In this document: positions 8,291 through 18,723 of the stretch, piece after piece
Position numbering within the stretch: the first letter of the stretch is position 1
Layout of the letters: each line of letters opens with the position of its first letter
From: Methanobacteriota archaeon
GTDB taxonomy: Archaea > Thermoplasmatota > Poseidoniia > Poseidoniales > Thalassarchaeaceae
Assembly (NCBI GenBank): GCA_002722595.1
Contig: PBMO01000024.1
Location: 11,700 to 75,699 of the forward strand
DNA: 64,000 bases
Direction of reading: 5' to 3'
Position numbers and translations under genes: made by a program
Notes under the pieces: generated by a model
Told to the model about the DNA's origin: nothing
The model's input: only the letters and a program-made list of their open reading frames with translations
Databases searched by the model: none

Positions 8291-10902
8291 ACTTCCACTG
8301 CGATTTCCGACTTCACAAGTGCACTAGGTAACATGACAGACCTCTCTAGACGTGTTAGTGCGTTCGACAAACCCTCAACATCGTCATGTGTTGGCAAAAT
8401 GTATTGATCTGAATTCAAAGGAATCATCAAACCAGGGCCAGGGATGTCTTGCAACCGTTCCCCTAGCACCACAGCATCCTTCAATAAGCCCGCACCACCA
8501 GATTCACGCCTCCTCGCCAACCTTTCACCAGTCCATTTTTCCAATTTCTTCGCTATAGTTTCCAATTTGCCCCATAACAATTGGTGTTTTGCACTATCTC
8601 CCCTTTCTAGAAGCATAGCTAACCGAACCAATCTCTGTACACGAACATCTAATGGTGGTCGCAACATTTTCTCCAAATCTTCGTTTTTCTCAATCCCCAA
8701 AAGTGAGGACAGTCTCTTACTATCACTAATTGGGATTGCATCCTTCTGAGGTACTACAACAGATTTTGAACCAATCTCTGACTTGATGACTTTAGTAACC
8801 TTTTCGCGAGTAATTTTTTTCTTAGGAGAATTCGATTTCGCCACCGAATTTACACCACCTCCTCCCTTTTGAGAAATAGACTCAACAACTGATTGGGCCA
8901 CAGCCAATACTTTTGCCTCCGAATCATTTCTTGACAAACCTTCAGTCACAGCAGACGGAGAAACAACCTCCTTTTTATCCGCAGGGATTAACACTGGAAG
9001 ACGCTTTTCAATGATGGCTTTAGGCTGATTGGGTTCAAATCCATTGAACACAAAATTCGGGTCTGAAGCATCGCTTTCTTCGGACAATTGTAGCATAATA
9101 TCTTGATAATCATGGTCTATCAATACCAATTTTTCTGGACGCATTAAGTCGGCAAGAACCTTTTCTGCCAAACGAACATTAAGTCCCCAAGGCAAACCAG
9201 AAAGCCGCCTAACACGACTTTTTTGCACATCCATACTTTCCCTTATACTCGGCAAATCCAATCCCAGTTTCACAGGATCACTGACCAGCATCTCATACAA
9301 CCCTGCAACATCCCAACCAACTTGCCGCCATTGTTCAAATTCTTCTTCAAGCTTGTCACTCACTTGCCCCATTCTATTATCAATAATCTGTGACCGTCTT
9401 TCCAGTCCAAAAGACGCCGACAACTCACCTTTACTTTCAATCTCAGAAACGGCCCTTTCATATTCAGCCAAATCAAGAGCCCCAGAATCTAATTCATTCG
9501 GCCATAATGAAGCCAATTCACCCCTCGCCCTGTCAAGGAAATCACGGTGCCGATGGACCCTCATCATCGCAATAGTTAGCCATTCTTCCGCATCTTGTAC
9601 AGTGGAAAAACCTGCATTGCTATGCCTCAAATCCTCTAACCATTTTGAGACCTCCATCTTTCCTTTAATCGAAGTATCCAATTCTTCTAATTTTTCAATT
9701 AATGGCATAATAACATCCATTAGGTTTTGATGTTCATCTAATTCTTCAAGAACCGCTCGCGGCTCAGTTTCAACGAAAGAGACCCATTTTTCAACATCGA
9801 TTCCATATGATGACCAAACATCCAATTTAGCCTTACAAGACTCTCTAGCACTTTCTGTCTTTGCCACCAAGCCTTGTAGTAGAACATCCAAACTTCCAAT
9901 CGCATCTAAGTGGCCCCGAGTTCTTTCAGCTAATTTCCTAAACTCAGGCCATTGCAATAGATGAATTTCCATTTGCATCCAAATACCATGAGTGTCCTCA
10001 ATTTTCTTTGCTATACCTGGCATTTGAGCCTCCCATCTCAACATTTCACTAGGGAGAAGAGGGAGGTCTACAGCGAGCTGAAAGCCTTGAACCTTCCAAC
10101 TAGAAAAGCGCTGTTCAACCACCTGCAATCTGTTTTCAAGGTCAGCAGAATTGGAAGAAATTTCAAGACTCACCGATACTAGATTGTCTTCGTCTACAGA
10201 CTCCTGTGCGACAGTTAATGCTCCAAGCAACCGCTCCGCAATTTCCGCACTAAATGGCCGAATTTCTGTTTCAACACGTCGTTGACATTGACCCAATAAC
10301 TGATCAAGTTCACGCAACCTTTCTGCCTCAGTAAATCTTTGACGAGTATTACCTTTGAAAATCGAGGAAGTGTCCCAACCCCGTTGCTCGAGCATCTCAA
10401 CCATCCCATGAAGGGCCTCCGATCTTTGGACTCCCCTCCGTTCGATTTCATCAATGACTGGAGAGATTTCTCGCATGGGGGCCACTTCTTCAATCATGGA
10501 AACAATTCTTGGGGATGCTAGAACGATTTCATCATCGACAGAATCCAAGCGTTCAAGAATACGTGCAAGTTCAACAGAACGCCCTTCATCAGACCACTTG
10601 ATTTTTGATCGCTCAGCGACGATAACCCAAGGGCGGTGTTTACGAAGAAGACCGCTTAACTCAATATCCACAGAAGAGGCTTGCTTTGGGTCGGAGAGCA
10701 AAGAAAGAAAACGCGACCTCTCACTTTGTCTATGCTCGGGCAAATCAAGAACTTTGGCTCTAACATTGGCTGCATATTCAACTTGTTGTTCTAGCAATAA
10801 CATACGTTCACTTGCCAACTCACCAGTTGGCAAATCAACATCGAAACCCCGTTTGCGTAGCGCATCTATTCTCGCCTCGAACCGCTCTGGATCAGCCGAC
10901 AA
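8287..10902 (-). CDS. Large helical/coiled-coil hypothetical protein
   Basis: 871-aa ORF with recurring [W]xxxG[FW]D[V] motif; no catalytic motif recognised. Confidence 0.85.
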   Translation of the reverse strand: MSADPERFEARIDALRKRGFDVDLPTGELASERMLLLEQQVEYAANVRAKVLDLPEHRQSERSRFLSLLSDPKQASSVDIELSGLLRKHRPWVIVAERSKIKWSDEGRSVELARILERLDSVDDEIVLASPRIVSMIEEVAPMREISPVIDEIERRGVQRSEALHGMVEMLEQRGWDTSSIFKGNTRQRFTEAERLRELDQLLGQCQRRVETEIRPFSAEIAERLLGALTVAQESVDEDNLVSVSLEISSNSADLENRLQVVEQRFSSWKVQGFQLAVDLPLLPSEMLRWEAQMPGIAKKIEDTHGIWMQMEIHLLQWPEFRKLAERTRGHLDAIGSLDVLLQGLVAKTESARESCKAKLDVWSSYGIDVEKWVSFVETEPRAVLEELDEHQNLMDVIMPLIEKLEELDTSIKGKMEVSKWLEDLRHSNAGFSTVQDAEEWLTIAMMRVHRHRDFLDRARGELASLWPNELDSGALDLAEYERAVSEIESKGELSASFGLERRSQIIDNRMGQVSDKLEEEFEQWRQVGWDVAGLYEMLVSDPVKLGLDLPSIRESMDVQKSRVRRLSGLPWGLNVRLAEKVLADLMRPEKLVLIDHDYQDIMLQLSEESDASDPNFVFNGFEPNQPKAIIEKRLPVLIPADKKEVVSPSAVTEGLSRNDSEAKVLAVAQSVVESISQKGGGGVNSVAKSNSPKKKITREKVTKVIKSEIGSKSVVVPQKDAIPISDSKRLSSLLGIEKNEDLEKMLRPPLDVRVQRLVRLAMLLERGDSAKHQLLWGKLETIAKKLEKWTGERLARRRESGGAGLLKDAVVLGERLQDIPGPGLMIPLNSDQYILPTHDDVEGLSNALTRLERSVMLPSALVKSEIAVEV

Positions 10903-11043
10903 CTACCCCGCCTCAACCCTCCCACCATCTCAAGGCTCTTCAATGTCCGGCCAATTCCGCACCTCAAAATCACTTTAGAAAACGGCACCTCACCCCTTTA
11001 GGGGTGCGAACTACTCAAAAGGTGTGGAAGTCGGCTCCATCCA

Positions 11044-13791
11044 ATGGAACCCGTCACAATCGGACTGACACTATTCTTTGCAGCAGCCTCCGGTGCTGTA
11101 ATTTGGTGGCTTGCACAGGCAGAAATAGGACTTCGTAAACTAAGAGAAGATTTTGAAACAGCGCATTCGGAAACGGCTCAATTGATGAAATCACTAAATG
11201 CTCAAACGGAGGAATTGGCAGATAGTGCAAAGGCACTACAGAGAGCACACCCTGGCCTTGCAGGGATCATTGAAGCACACAGAACACTCGATTACTTGCA
11301 GAATACTTTGGCTGGAGAAGGCGATGGTGATGCGGTAAAAGCAGCCGCATCCAACACTCTTTCAGCAGTCAAAGGCCTCCTAGCCACTAGAAGTGGTGAT
11401 GGCGACATCGAGGACGCCACCCCTGCTGACGCGGGCCTTCTAAACCTCGTTACAAGGGTTCTGCAAACAATGGAACAATTAGAACTCAAAATTAGCGATT
11501 TAAATCTCAGCAATTTAGAAGCACGACGTTTTGGAGAAATCGTATTTTTGGCAGGAGACAGAACTTGGGCAGCAGCATGTTACGAATATGCACTTGAGAA
11601 GGCTCCACGCGAAGTATCCACACTTCGTAGCCTGAGTCGCCTCAACAGGGAATCAGGGAATGAAGAAAAGTTGAGAACCAATTTAGAGAATCTACTGGAA
11701 TCAACACCTGATGACCCAGAACTATTACGGGAACACGCCAGAATCCTCACCAAGGCAGGAGATGCAGCAGCTGAGAAGGGCTTGCGCAGATTGGAAGCAA
11801 TGGGCATAGAAACTGCAGAAGACAAATCGATGTTGGCAAGTCTTGCTGCCCGCGCAGGAGATACTGATGGAGCACTTCAACAGATAGAGGCAGCAATTGC
11901 AAGTAACCCAACTGGTGAAGACTGGTTAAGAAAAGCCGAGCTCCACCTTGCTCGAAATGAAAGAGGCCTTGGGATTACAGCAGTTGATGAAGCCATAGCA
12001 TTAGATCGCCAATCGGGCCCAGCATGGTCCATCCGAGCCCAACTCCTAACCGGCGAATCAGGTCGCACAGAAGAGGCTCTCAAAGCAGCAGTACACGCAG
12101 TTGCTCTTGGGGAACCCCTACAACTCCTCAAGGCAGAGTTGCTTGAACGCTTAGGTCGCGGAGAAGAAGCCAAAAAGTCGCTTGAGGATTCACTGGAGAA
12201 GCATCCAGAAAACCCAGAAATACGTGCACAATTGGTCCTATTCCACCATCAAATTGGCGACCCAGAATCTGCATTCCAAATATTGGCAGAAGCACCAATT
12301 GAAGCATGGGAGGGTCCCGCACTCCATCTACAAAAGGGTAGATTGATATTAGCGGAAGCAGATAGGTATCGAGATGGAACGGGAGAAAAAGATAGGGAAC
12401 TTTTGGCAGAAGCAGATTTGGCATTTGAAGCAGCTCTTGAAGCCGACAGAGAAAATGGCATTGGGTGGCTTGGTAAAGCGAGAATTCAAAGAATGTTGAA
12501 AGATAATTCTGAAGCCCAAATCTCCCTCGCAAGAGCACGTAGATTGTTACCTGACGAACCTTTGATTGCTGCTGAAGAAGCATTACTGGCTTTGGATGGA
12601 AACGATATTGAGGCAGCAGCAAGGTTAATTTCCGAAGCACACGTTCTTGAGCGAGAATCTCCAGTTATTGACTATGTAAAGGGAGTAATAGCGGCTAGAC
12701 GCGGAGACCTCAATGAAGCGAAGAGGCTGTTTGATGTTGTACTTGCGGACGACCCACACCATGTCCGTGCCCGCCTTAACCGATGTACAACACTCATGAT
12801 GGAGCAAGATTATCATTCAGCATTGGATGATGTACAAACACTTCTAGATGCTCATCCCGAACTCGATTTGGCAAAATTACGCCGAGGCGAGATTATGATG
12901 TCCTTAGGGGAGTGGGCTGAAGCAGAATCAAACTTCAGAGAGGTCCTCGATAAGCACGAAAAGAATCCGCATGCATTAATCCAACTCGGAGCAGCACTCG
13001 TAGCACAAGATCGCCTGACAGAAGCAGAACAACCACTCAATGAAGCGATCCGTTTGGATGGCGACTCATCAGAAGGTTGGTATCAACGGGGTCTACTTTA
13101 CATCGCCTTTGGACAATTCGACTGCGCACTCTCAGATTTCGAAACAGCAGCTTTGAAGGACAAACATCACCTAAACGCATTGCTTCGAATTGCAGCAATT
13201 CACCATGAAAATAAGGATTGGGAATTGGCTGAAATTGCTTGGAGGAACGTCCTAGACGTGGAACCCGATAACAGGGTCGCTAGACGCCGAATTCAAGACG
13301 CTTTCGATGGCCAAACAGTCGTCAAGAAAGCCGCCGTACTTTCCTCTACCAGTGGTATTACTATCGCCGATGAGATTGAGGTAACTGAAGTTGAAGTTGT
13401 AGAAGAGTCAATTGTTACAGAAATAGAGGAGATTGAAACCATTATTGAAAATGAAACCCCTCAACAAACCACGGTGAAACCAAGAGGGACTGCAATGGAT
13501 TGGGCTGATGCAATTGATCTGTACATCAAAGAACACGGAGGCGTGGTTAACCAGGACTTCAAACGCCTTGGCTTAATTCCAGAAGATATCACCTCTGGTG
13601 AGCGTGCTCGCCTCAATGAAGAACTATCGGACAGCTTCACAAAGCATAAGGTAAACAATTTCCGAGTATTCTATTGCTCACCTTCGATTATTGAACCCGA
13701 CGAAGTCAAAGCACAATATGAGAAAAGCCAAAATCAAGAAGATCCGGAATTGGCGCAAGAAGATTTTGAGTTTGGATTCGGCAATCTTTGA
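11044..13791 (+). CDS. Membrane-anchored TPR-repeat protein
   Basis: N-terminal TM followed by many 34-aa TPR-like units (e.g. GWYQRGLLYIAFGQFDCALSDFETA). Confidence 0.88.
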   Translation: MEPVTIGLTLFFAAASGAVIWWLAQAEIGLRKLREDFETAHSETAQLMKSLNAQTEELADSAKALQRAHPGLAGIIEAHRTLDYLQNTLAGEGDGDAVKAAASNTLSAVKGLLATRSGDGDIEDATPADAGLLNLVTRVLQTMEQLELKISDLNLSNLEARRFGEIVFLAGDRTWAAACYEYALEKAPREVSTLRSLSRLNRESGNEEKLRTNLENLLESTPDDPELLREHARILTKAGDAAAEKGLRRLEAMGIETAEDKSMLASLAARAGDTDGALQQIEAAIASNPTGEDWLRKAELHLARNERGLGITAVDEAIALDRQSGPAWSIRAQLLTGESGRTEEALKAAVHAVALGEPLQLLKAELLERLGRGEEAKKSLEDSLEKHPENPEIRAQLVLFHHQIGDPESAFQILAEAPIEAWEGPALHLQKGRLILAEADRYRDGTGEKDRELLAEADLAFEAALEADRENGIGWLGKARIQRMLKDNSEAQISLARARRLLPDEPLIAAEEALLALDGNDIEAAARLISEAHVLERESPVIDYVKGVIAARRGDLNEAKRLFDVVLADDPHHVRARLNRCTTLMMEQDYHSALDDVQTLLDAHPELDLAKLRRGEIMMSLGEWAEAESNFREVLDKHEKNPHALIQLGAALVAQDRLTEAEQPLNEAIRLDGDSSEGWYQRGLLYIAFGQFDCALSDFETAALKDKHHLNALLRIAAIHHENKDWELAEIAWRNVLDVEPDNRVARRRIQDAFDGQTVVKKAAVLSSTSGITIADEIEVTEVEVVEESIVTEIEEIETIIENETPQQTTVKPRGTAMDWADAIDLYIKEHGGVVNQDFKRLGLIPEDITSGERARLNEELSDSFTKHKVNNFRVFYCSPSIIEPDEVKAQYEKSQNQEDPELAQEDFEFGFGNL

Positions 13792-13829
13792 AGGTGAAGT
13801 TCAAGCAACGAACCCTTCTCACAAGGTAT

Positions 13830-14372
13830 ATGAGTAGAGGATTGGAACCTGGAGACACCGCAACCGACTTCGAATTGCCAAATGCAAATTCACAAGAACC
13901 GGAATATGCTAACTTAGAGAAAATGATGACAGATGTTGGTTGCGTGGTCGTATTCACCTGCAACCATTGCCCCTATGTAATTGGCAATGAAACACGAATA
14001 GAAGCGATTGCTGATAGGGCTAGACAAGAGGGCCTTGGTTTTGTAGGGATTAATTCCAACGACCCAGACAATTATCCCACAGATAATTGGGAGCACATGG
14101 TCAAACGAGCCGAAACAATGTCTTACCCTTATCTTCACGATATAACCCAAGAAGTTGCAACCTCTTGGGGTGCGGAACGAACCCCAGAATTCTATTTGCT
14201 AAACGGCCAAGGAGTGGTAGTATATCGAGGGCGCCTCGACGACTCCCCCAAAGACCCAACTCTCGCCACTACCAGTGAACTTTCCGACGCAATAGATGCC
14301 TTACTCTCCAACGAAAAACCCTCAGTATCACGCACAGACAGTATCGGATGCTCAGTCAAGTGGAAGGTGTGA
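13830..14372 (+). CDS. Thioredoxin-fold AhpC/TSA (redoxin) family protein
   Basis: DFELP, FTCNHCPYV, INSND, GAERTPEF, YRGRLDD, SIGCSVKW. Confidence 0.9.
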   Translation: MSRGLEPGDTATDFELPNANSQEPEYANLEKMMTDVGCVVVFTCNHCPYVIGNETRIEAIADRARQEGLGFVGINSNDPDNYPTDNWEHMVKRAETMSYPYLHDITQEVATSWGAERTPEFYLLNGQGVVVYRGRLDDSPKDPTLATTSELSDAIDALLSNEKPSVSRTDSIGCSVKWKV

Positions 14373-15190
14373 AATTGCGACTTGGCATCCCCGCCAGAAT
14401 ATTTGCTACAATGCTGAAATTCTTACCTGGCCGTGTAGGCGACAGAATGTGGAAATGGTGGTACCAACGTCTTGCTAAAGCCAAAGCATGGGGTGAGTTT
14501 GGTTTCATGAACTATGGCTTCATCGATGACGATCAACCCACTTTAGAAGCCGATGACGAATCAGACCGCCTCTTTATCCAACTTTACCACATGAATATAC
14601 GCGACATCGAATTAAATGGAAAGCAAGTCCTTGAAGTCGGCTCCGGCAGGGGCGGTGGTGCGAATTGGATTGCTCGAACATACGATCCAAAGTCATTGAC
14701 TGCCATGGATTATTCTGCGGCCGCTGTCAAATTGTGCTCAAGAATGTATGGCCGCCAGAAGAACCTAACATTCATCGAAGGAAATGCAATGAAATTACCC
14801 TTCGAGGATAATTCATTTGACGTAGTATACAATGTGGAGTCCAGTCACTGCTACAGCGATATGGACGCCTTTGTCGATGAAGTCCATCGGGTATTGAAAC
14901 CTGGTGGACACTTCGCTTGGACAGATTTCCGCGACGCGAAAACAATTGAAGGAATTCGCAATAAATTCTCATCTTCTGAATTTGAAATTCTGAAAGACGC
15001 TGACATTACAAAAGAGGTCCTCGCCGCCTTGGATGAGATTAGCGATGACAAACAATCCAGAATCCAGAAGGGCACCGGCCGCATCATCCGTCGCAGTTTT
15101 GAGACGTTTGCAGGAGTACGGGGCACACCAGTTTACGAAGCATTTACCAAGGGCGAATTGGGCTATTACAGGTGCCTTTTGCGAAAGTAA
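14369..15190 (+). CDS. Class I SAM-dependent methyltransferase
   Basis: FMNYGF, VLEVGSGRGGG, LPFEDNSFDVVYNVESSHCY, RVLKPGG. GTG start overlaps upstream stop (GTGA). Confidence 0.92.
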   Translation: MKLRLGIPARIFATMLKFLPGRVGDRMWKWWYQRLAKAKAWGEFGFMNYGFIDDDQPTLEADDESDRLFIQLYHMNIRDIELNGKQVLEVGSGRGGGANWIARTYDPKSLTAMDYSAAAVKLCSRMYGRQKNLTFIEGNAMKLPFEDNSFDVVYNVESSHCYSDMDAFVDEVHRVLKPGGHFAWTDFRDAKTIEGIRNKFSSSEFEILKDADITKEVLAALDEISDDKQSRIQKGTGRIIRRSFETFAGVRGTPVYEAFTKGELGYYRCLLRK

Positions 15191-15202
15191 AAATGCATGA
15201 AA

Positions 15203-15649
15203 TCAGTATTGCTCAAGCACAAGCTCAGTAGTTGTACTTGCGATTTCAGCAGGTGCTGCCAACCACATCCGATCCAACAACTCTCTCAAACTAACCGTAT
15301 CATCAACATGAACGACTGCAACTAAATCGGCTTCCCCACTGATTTCGTAAACTGACTCGACACCCTTCCAATTAGCGAACTCTCCAGCCAAACTTCCGAT
15401 TTCAACACCAGGTCCTACTTTCATTCTCACAAGTGCGGTTAAACCGATACCAGTTTCTCTAATTGTATATCCTCGAATAATACCTTCTTCCTCTAACCTT
15501 CGAACTCTTGTCCGAATAGTTCTTTCAGATACTCCAACCACCTTTGCCAGATCAACGTAAGCTTGTCTACTATTACCTCGAAGGGCTGTGAGGATTGCAC
15601 GATCGGTCTCATCAACATTCGCCATGTTCGACGAGCCGCAATCCTCCAT
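15203..15649 (-). CDS. Lrp/AsnC family transcriptional regulator
   Basis: VDETDRAILTALRGNSR...LAKVVGVSERTIRTRVRRLEEEGII HTH and VYEISGEADL RAM domain. Start may be 15625. Confidence 0.93.
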   Translation of the reverse strand: MEDCGSSNMANVDETDRAILTALRGNSRQAYVDLAKVVGVSERTIRTRVRRLEEEGIIRGYTIRETGIGLTALVRMKVGPGVEIGSLAGEFANWKGVESVYEISGEADLVAVVHVDDTVSLRELLDRMWLAAPAEIASTTTELVLEQY

Positions 15650-15763
15650 TATGAACCCTACGAATATCCCCTTTTCGGTAAAAACCCAATTTTTTCCACG
15701 AAAAGTGGTAAAAAAGACCCAAAACCAAGAAATCGTGCTATTGATAGGTGCTAGACGTTTCCG

Positions 15764-16204
15764 ATGACCGTGTCGACCGAATCCTCGTACTCAAACGAAA
15801 GATTTCAAGACTTTTTGGACTCAATTTCATCAACTCCAATGGATAAGAAATTTTACGAGTGGTATAACATTGAAGTTGCAGCTGCAATTGATGGCTGTAC
15901 GATTCATAATCATGAAATTAACACAGAGTCCGGAGCATCTCTTATTTTCCTCAACAAAAGTGCAGTATTATGTGTGCCTAAGAAGGGACAAATCGCCCAC
16001 TACCCCCGACATCTTTTGCACTGCTTCGTAGATGATTTCCGCAGGAATGGAGAAAGTGACGATGGCTTGGTTATGCGTGCTGAATTATTCAGTATTTCAC
16101 CAAGTGAGGAACAATTAGCTTGGGAGGTCAAATGCAGATCTGAAAGGGACGTTCCAGGGGTCCAATCGAGCGTGTCACGTTGGTTGCAATGGTTGAATGA
16201 ATGA
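15764..16204 (+). CDS. Hypothetical protein
   Basis: 146-aa ATG ORF directly upstream of eno. Confidence 0.7.
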   Translation: MTVSTESSYSNERFQDFLDSISSTPMDKKFYEWYNIEVAAAIDGCTIHNHEINTESGASLIFLNKSAVLCVPKKGQIAHYPRHLLHCFVDDFRRNGESDDGLVMRAELFSISPSEEQLAWEVKCRSERDVPGVQSSVSRWLQWLNE

Positions 16205-16251
16205 CAGCGTCACATTGACAGTGTGCCTACTCTTCGCCACGATAGAGAGAC

Positions 16252-17505
16252 ATGTCACATTACATCAGCGGCCTCGCCGCACGTATGATTCTTGATAGTC
16301 GAGGCAATCCGACAGTGGAGGTTGATTGCTACGTCGATGGGAGATTGGCCGGCCGTGCAGCCGTTCCCAGTGGTGCGAGCACAGGTAGCCATGAAGCAGT
16401 AGAACTCCGAGATGGAGATATGAATCGTTGGCTCGGGAAAGGGGTTGACGGAGCAGTAACTAACGTAATAGAGAAAATCCAAGAAGCCTTAGTCGGACTT
16501 CCAGTTGACAATCAACACGTGATTGATGAAGTCATGCTTGAAATGGATACAACAGGCAACAAATCAAATATCGGTGCAAACGCGACACTAGGTGCAAGTT
16601 TAGCATGTCTTCACGCGGGTTCAAATGTTCACCAAATGCCGCTTTGGAGGTATGTTGGAGGACTGTCGGGGGGGAGTCTACCAGTTCCATTAATGAACAT
16701 CCTAAATGGAGGTGCACATGCAACATCCAACGTCGACGTGCAAGAGTTCATGGTAGTACCTCATGGATTCGATCACTTCCCTGAAGCACTTCGTGCTGGA
16801 GTTGAAACATATCACTCACTCAAATCTGTGCTAAAGGACAAAGGTCTGCTTGGAGGAGTTGGTGACGAAGGTGGATTTGCACCAAATCTGCCCAAGAACG
16901 AAGAAGGTTTGGCATTACTTGTCCAAGCAATAGAGCAAGCAGGGTATTCTCCTGGTGAACAAATGTCAATCGCACTCGATGTTGCTGCTCAAGAATTCCA
17001 CCATGCAGACGGCTATCACATCGATGGACGAATCATAGGTGGTGCTGAACTTGGTGAAATGTATAGCAGTTGGCTTGATGATTATCCAATAGTATCGATT
17101 GAGGATGCCTTTGGAGAGGATGATTGGCTTAGTTGGTCAAGATTCACAAAGAGTGAAGGACACAGGGTCCAAGTAGTTGGCGATGATCTATTTGTCACCA
17201 ACATCGGTCGTTTGGCAGAAGGGATTGAGATGGGTGCAGCGAATGCAATTCTCATCAAACCCAATCAAATAGGGACTGTTACTGAAACGCTTGAATGTAT
17301 TGACATGGCGAAAGAAAACGGCATGGGTACAGTGATTTCGCATCGTTCAGGTGAAACTAGTGATGATACGATTGCAGATATTGCAGTGGGTACACGTGCA
17401 GGACAAATCAAGACAGGCGCCCCTGCACGAAGCGATCGTACAGCCAAATACAATCAACTGTTGAGGATAGCAGAGGAATGTGAGGAATATACACAGCTCT
17501 ATTGA
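16252..17505 (+). CDS. eno: Enolase
   Basis: ILDSRGNPTVEV, VPSGASTG, GDEGGFAP, VVGDDLFVTN, SHRSGET, GQIKTG. Confidence 0.99.
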   Translation: MSHYISGLAARMILDSRGNPTVEVDCYVDGRLAGRAAVPSGASTGSHEAVELRDGDMNRWLGKGVDGAVTNVIEKIQEALVGLPVDNQHVIDEVMLEMDTTGNKSNIGANATLGASLACLHAGSNVHQMPLWRYVGGLSGGSLPVPLMNILNGGAHATSNVDVQEFMVVPHGFDHFPEALRAGVETYHSLKSVLKDKGLLGGVGDEGGFAPNLPKNEEGLALLVQAIEQAGYSPGEQMSIALDVAAQEFHHADGYHIDGRIIGGAELGEMYSSWLDDYPIVSIEDAFGEDDWLSWSRFTKSEGHRVQVVGDDLFVTNIGRLAEGIEMGAANAILIKPNQIGTVTETLECIDMAKENGMGTVISHRSGETSDDTIADIAVGTRAGQIKTGAPARSDRTAKYNQLLRIAEECEEYTQLY

Positions 17506-18647
17506 GCCAACCAGTCCTTCAATCGACCAATTCCTTCTCTAATCACATCCTCTTCTGTAGCATAGGATAGTCGAATATAACCCTCTCCACCTGGTAGAGA
17601 ATCTAATGGGATAACTTGCACCAATGCTTCATCCATGGCTCTTTGAGCGAATGTAGTACCATCCATACCGGTGCCTCTGACATCAACCATGACGTAGAAT
17701 GCCCCCTCAGGTTCACTCGCCACAAGCGAGGGGATATGTTCGAGCAATTCCAATATCAACCCCCTTCTTCGAATATATTCTCCTCTAAATTGGTTTACAG
17801 CACTCCAATCCTTAGCAGCCAACTCGGCGGCCGGCATTAGGAATGAAGGAATGTGCGAACAAGTATTTCCTTGCAATCGACCAACAACTTTCGCAACAGA
17901 TGTAGGTGCCGCAAACACACCAATTCGCCAACCAGTCATTGCATGTGTTTTACTTGGACCACTGACAGTAAGGGTTCTTTCAAAACCACCCAGAATCGAT
18001 GCAGGTGAAACATGCTCAGTCTCATTCCAAATTAATTCAGTATAGATTTCATCCGAAATAATCCACAGATCATGCTCAATTGCTAATTTGACAATGCCAA
18101 TCATTTCATCAGGAGTATATACTGCACCAGTTGGATTGTTAGGACTATTGACAACAATCGCAGTCGTTTTTTCGGTGATTGCTGCACGTACTCTGTCCAA
18201 ATTAGGATGGAAACGAGGAGCATCGCACTGGACAAAAATTGGTTTTGCGCCCATCAATTCGACTTGTTCAGCATGTGTTGGCCAACAAGGAGCCAGCAAA
18301 ATCACCTCATCATTTTCTTTGGCAGCTACCATGAAAGCATAGAGTAAAGCCTGCTTGGCACCCGGTGTGATGACAATTCCCTCATCATCGACAGGGATCT
18401 TCCAACGACGGCGGAGGTGTGAAGCCCATGCTGTGCATAGGTTCTCTCGCCCTTCTCCCCTTGTGTAATGGGTATCGCCATCCAATAGCGCTTTTTTTGC
18501 AACTTCTGAAATATTCGTTGGAGTATCAAATCCCGGCTCACCTACAGTGAGACGAATAACACCTTCAGGAGGAGGTGAAAGAAACGCCTTGAACCCCCCT
18601 CGGAGATTAGTGAGACGCTCTGGGATGTCTGGCAAATTACCACCCAT
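17499..18647 (-). CDS. PLP-dependent aminotransferase class I/II (aspartate aminotransferase-like)
   Basis: GEPGF, TPGAKQAL, NSPNNPTG, SDEIY, SKTHAMTGWRIG, PEGAFY, IRLSYA. Confidence 0.93.
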   Translation of the reverse strand: MGGNLPDIPERLTNLRGGFKAFLSPPPEGVIRLTVGEPGFDTPTNISEVAKKALLDGDTHYTRGEGRENLCTAWASHLRRRWKIPVDDEGIVITPGAKQALLYAFMVAAKENDEVILLAPCWPTHAEQVELMGAKPIFVQCDAPRFHPNLDRVRAAITEKTTAIVVNSPNNPTGAVYTPDEMIGIVKLAIEHDLWIISDEIYTELIWNETEHVSPASILGGFERTLTVSGPSKTHAMTGWRIGVFAAPTSVAKVVGRLQGNTCSHIPSFLMPAAELAAKDWSAVNQFRGEYIRRRGLILELLEHIPSLVASEPEGAFYVMVDVRGTGMDGTTFAQRAMDEALVQVIPLDSLPGGEGYIRLSYATEEDVIREGIGRLKDWLAQ

Positions 18648-18723
18648 GTCCTACCGAAGGGACAACATTCGGAATTGACCTTCAGCCTTGAAGATGCTGC
18701 TTTGTAATATACGATATTGGGCA

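Noticed and set aside
15660..15725. Imperfect inverted repeat and GGTAAAAA direct repeats upstream of the Lrp gene
   Set aside because: Short, low-complexity A/T tracts; could be an Lrp operator but cannot be supported from sequence alone.
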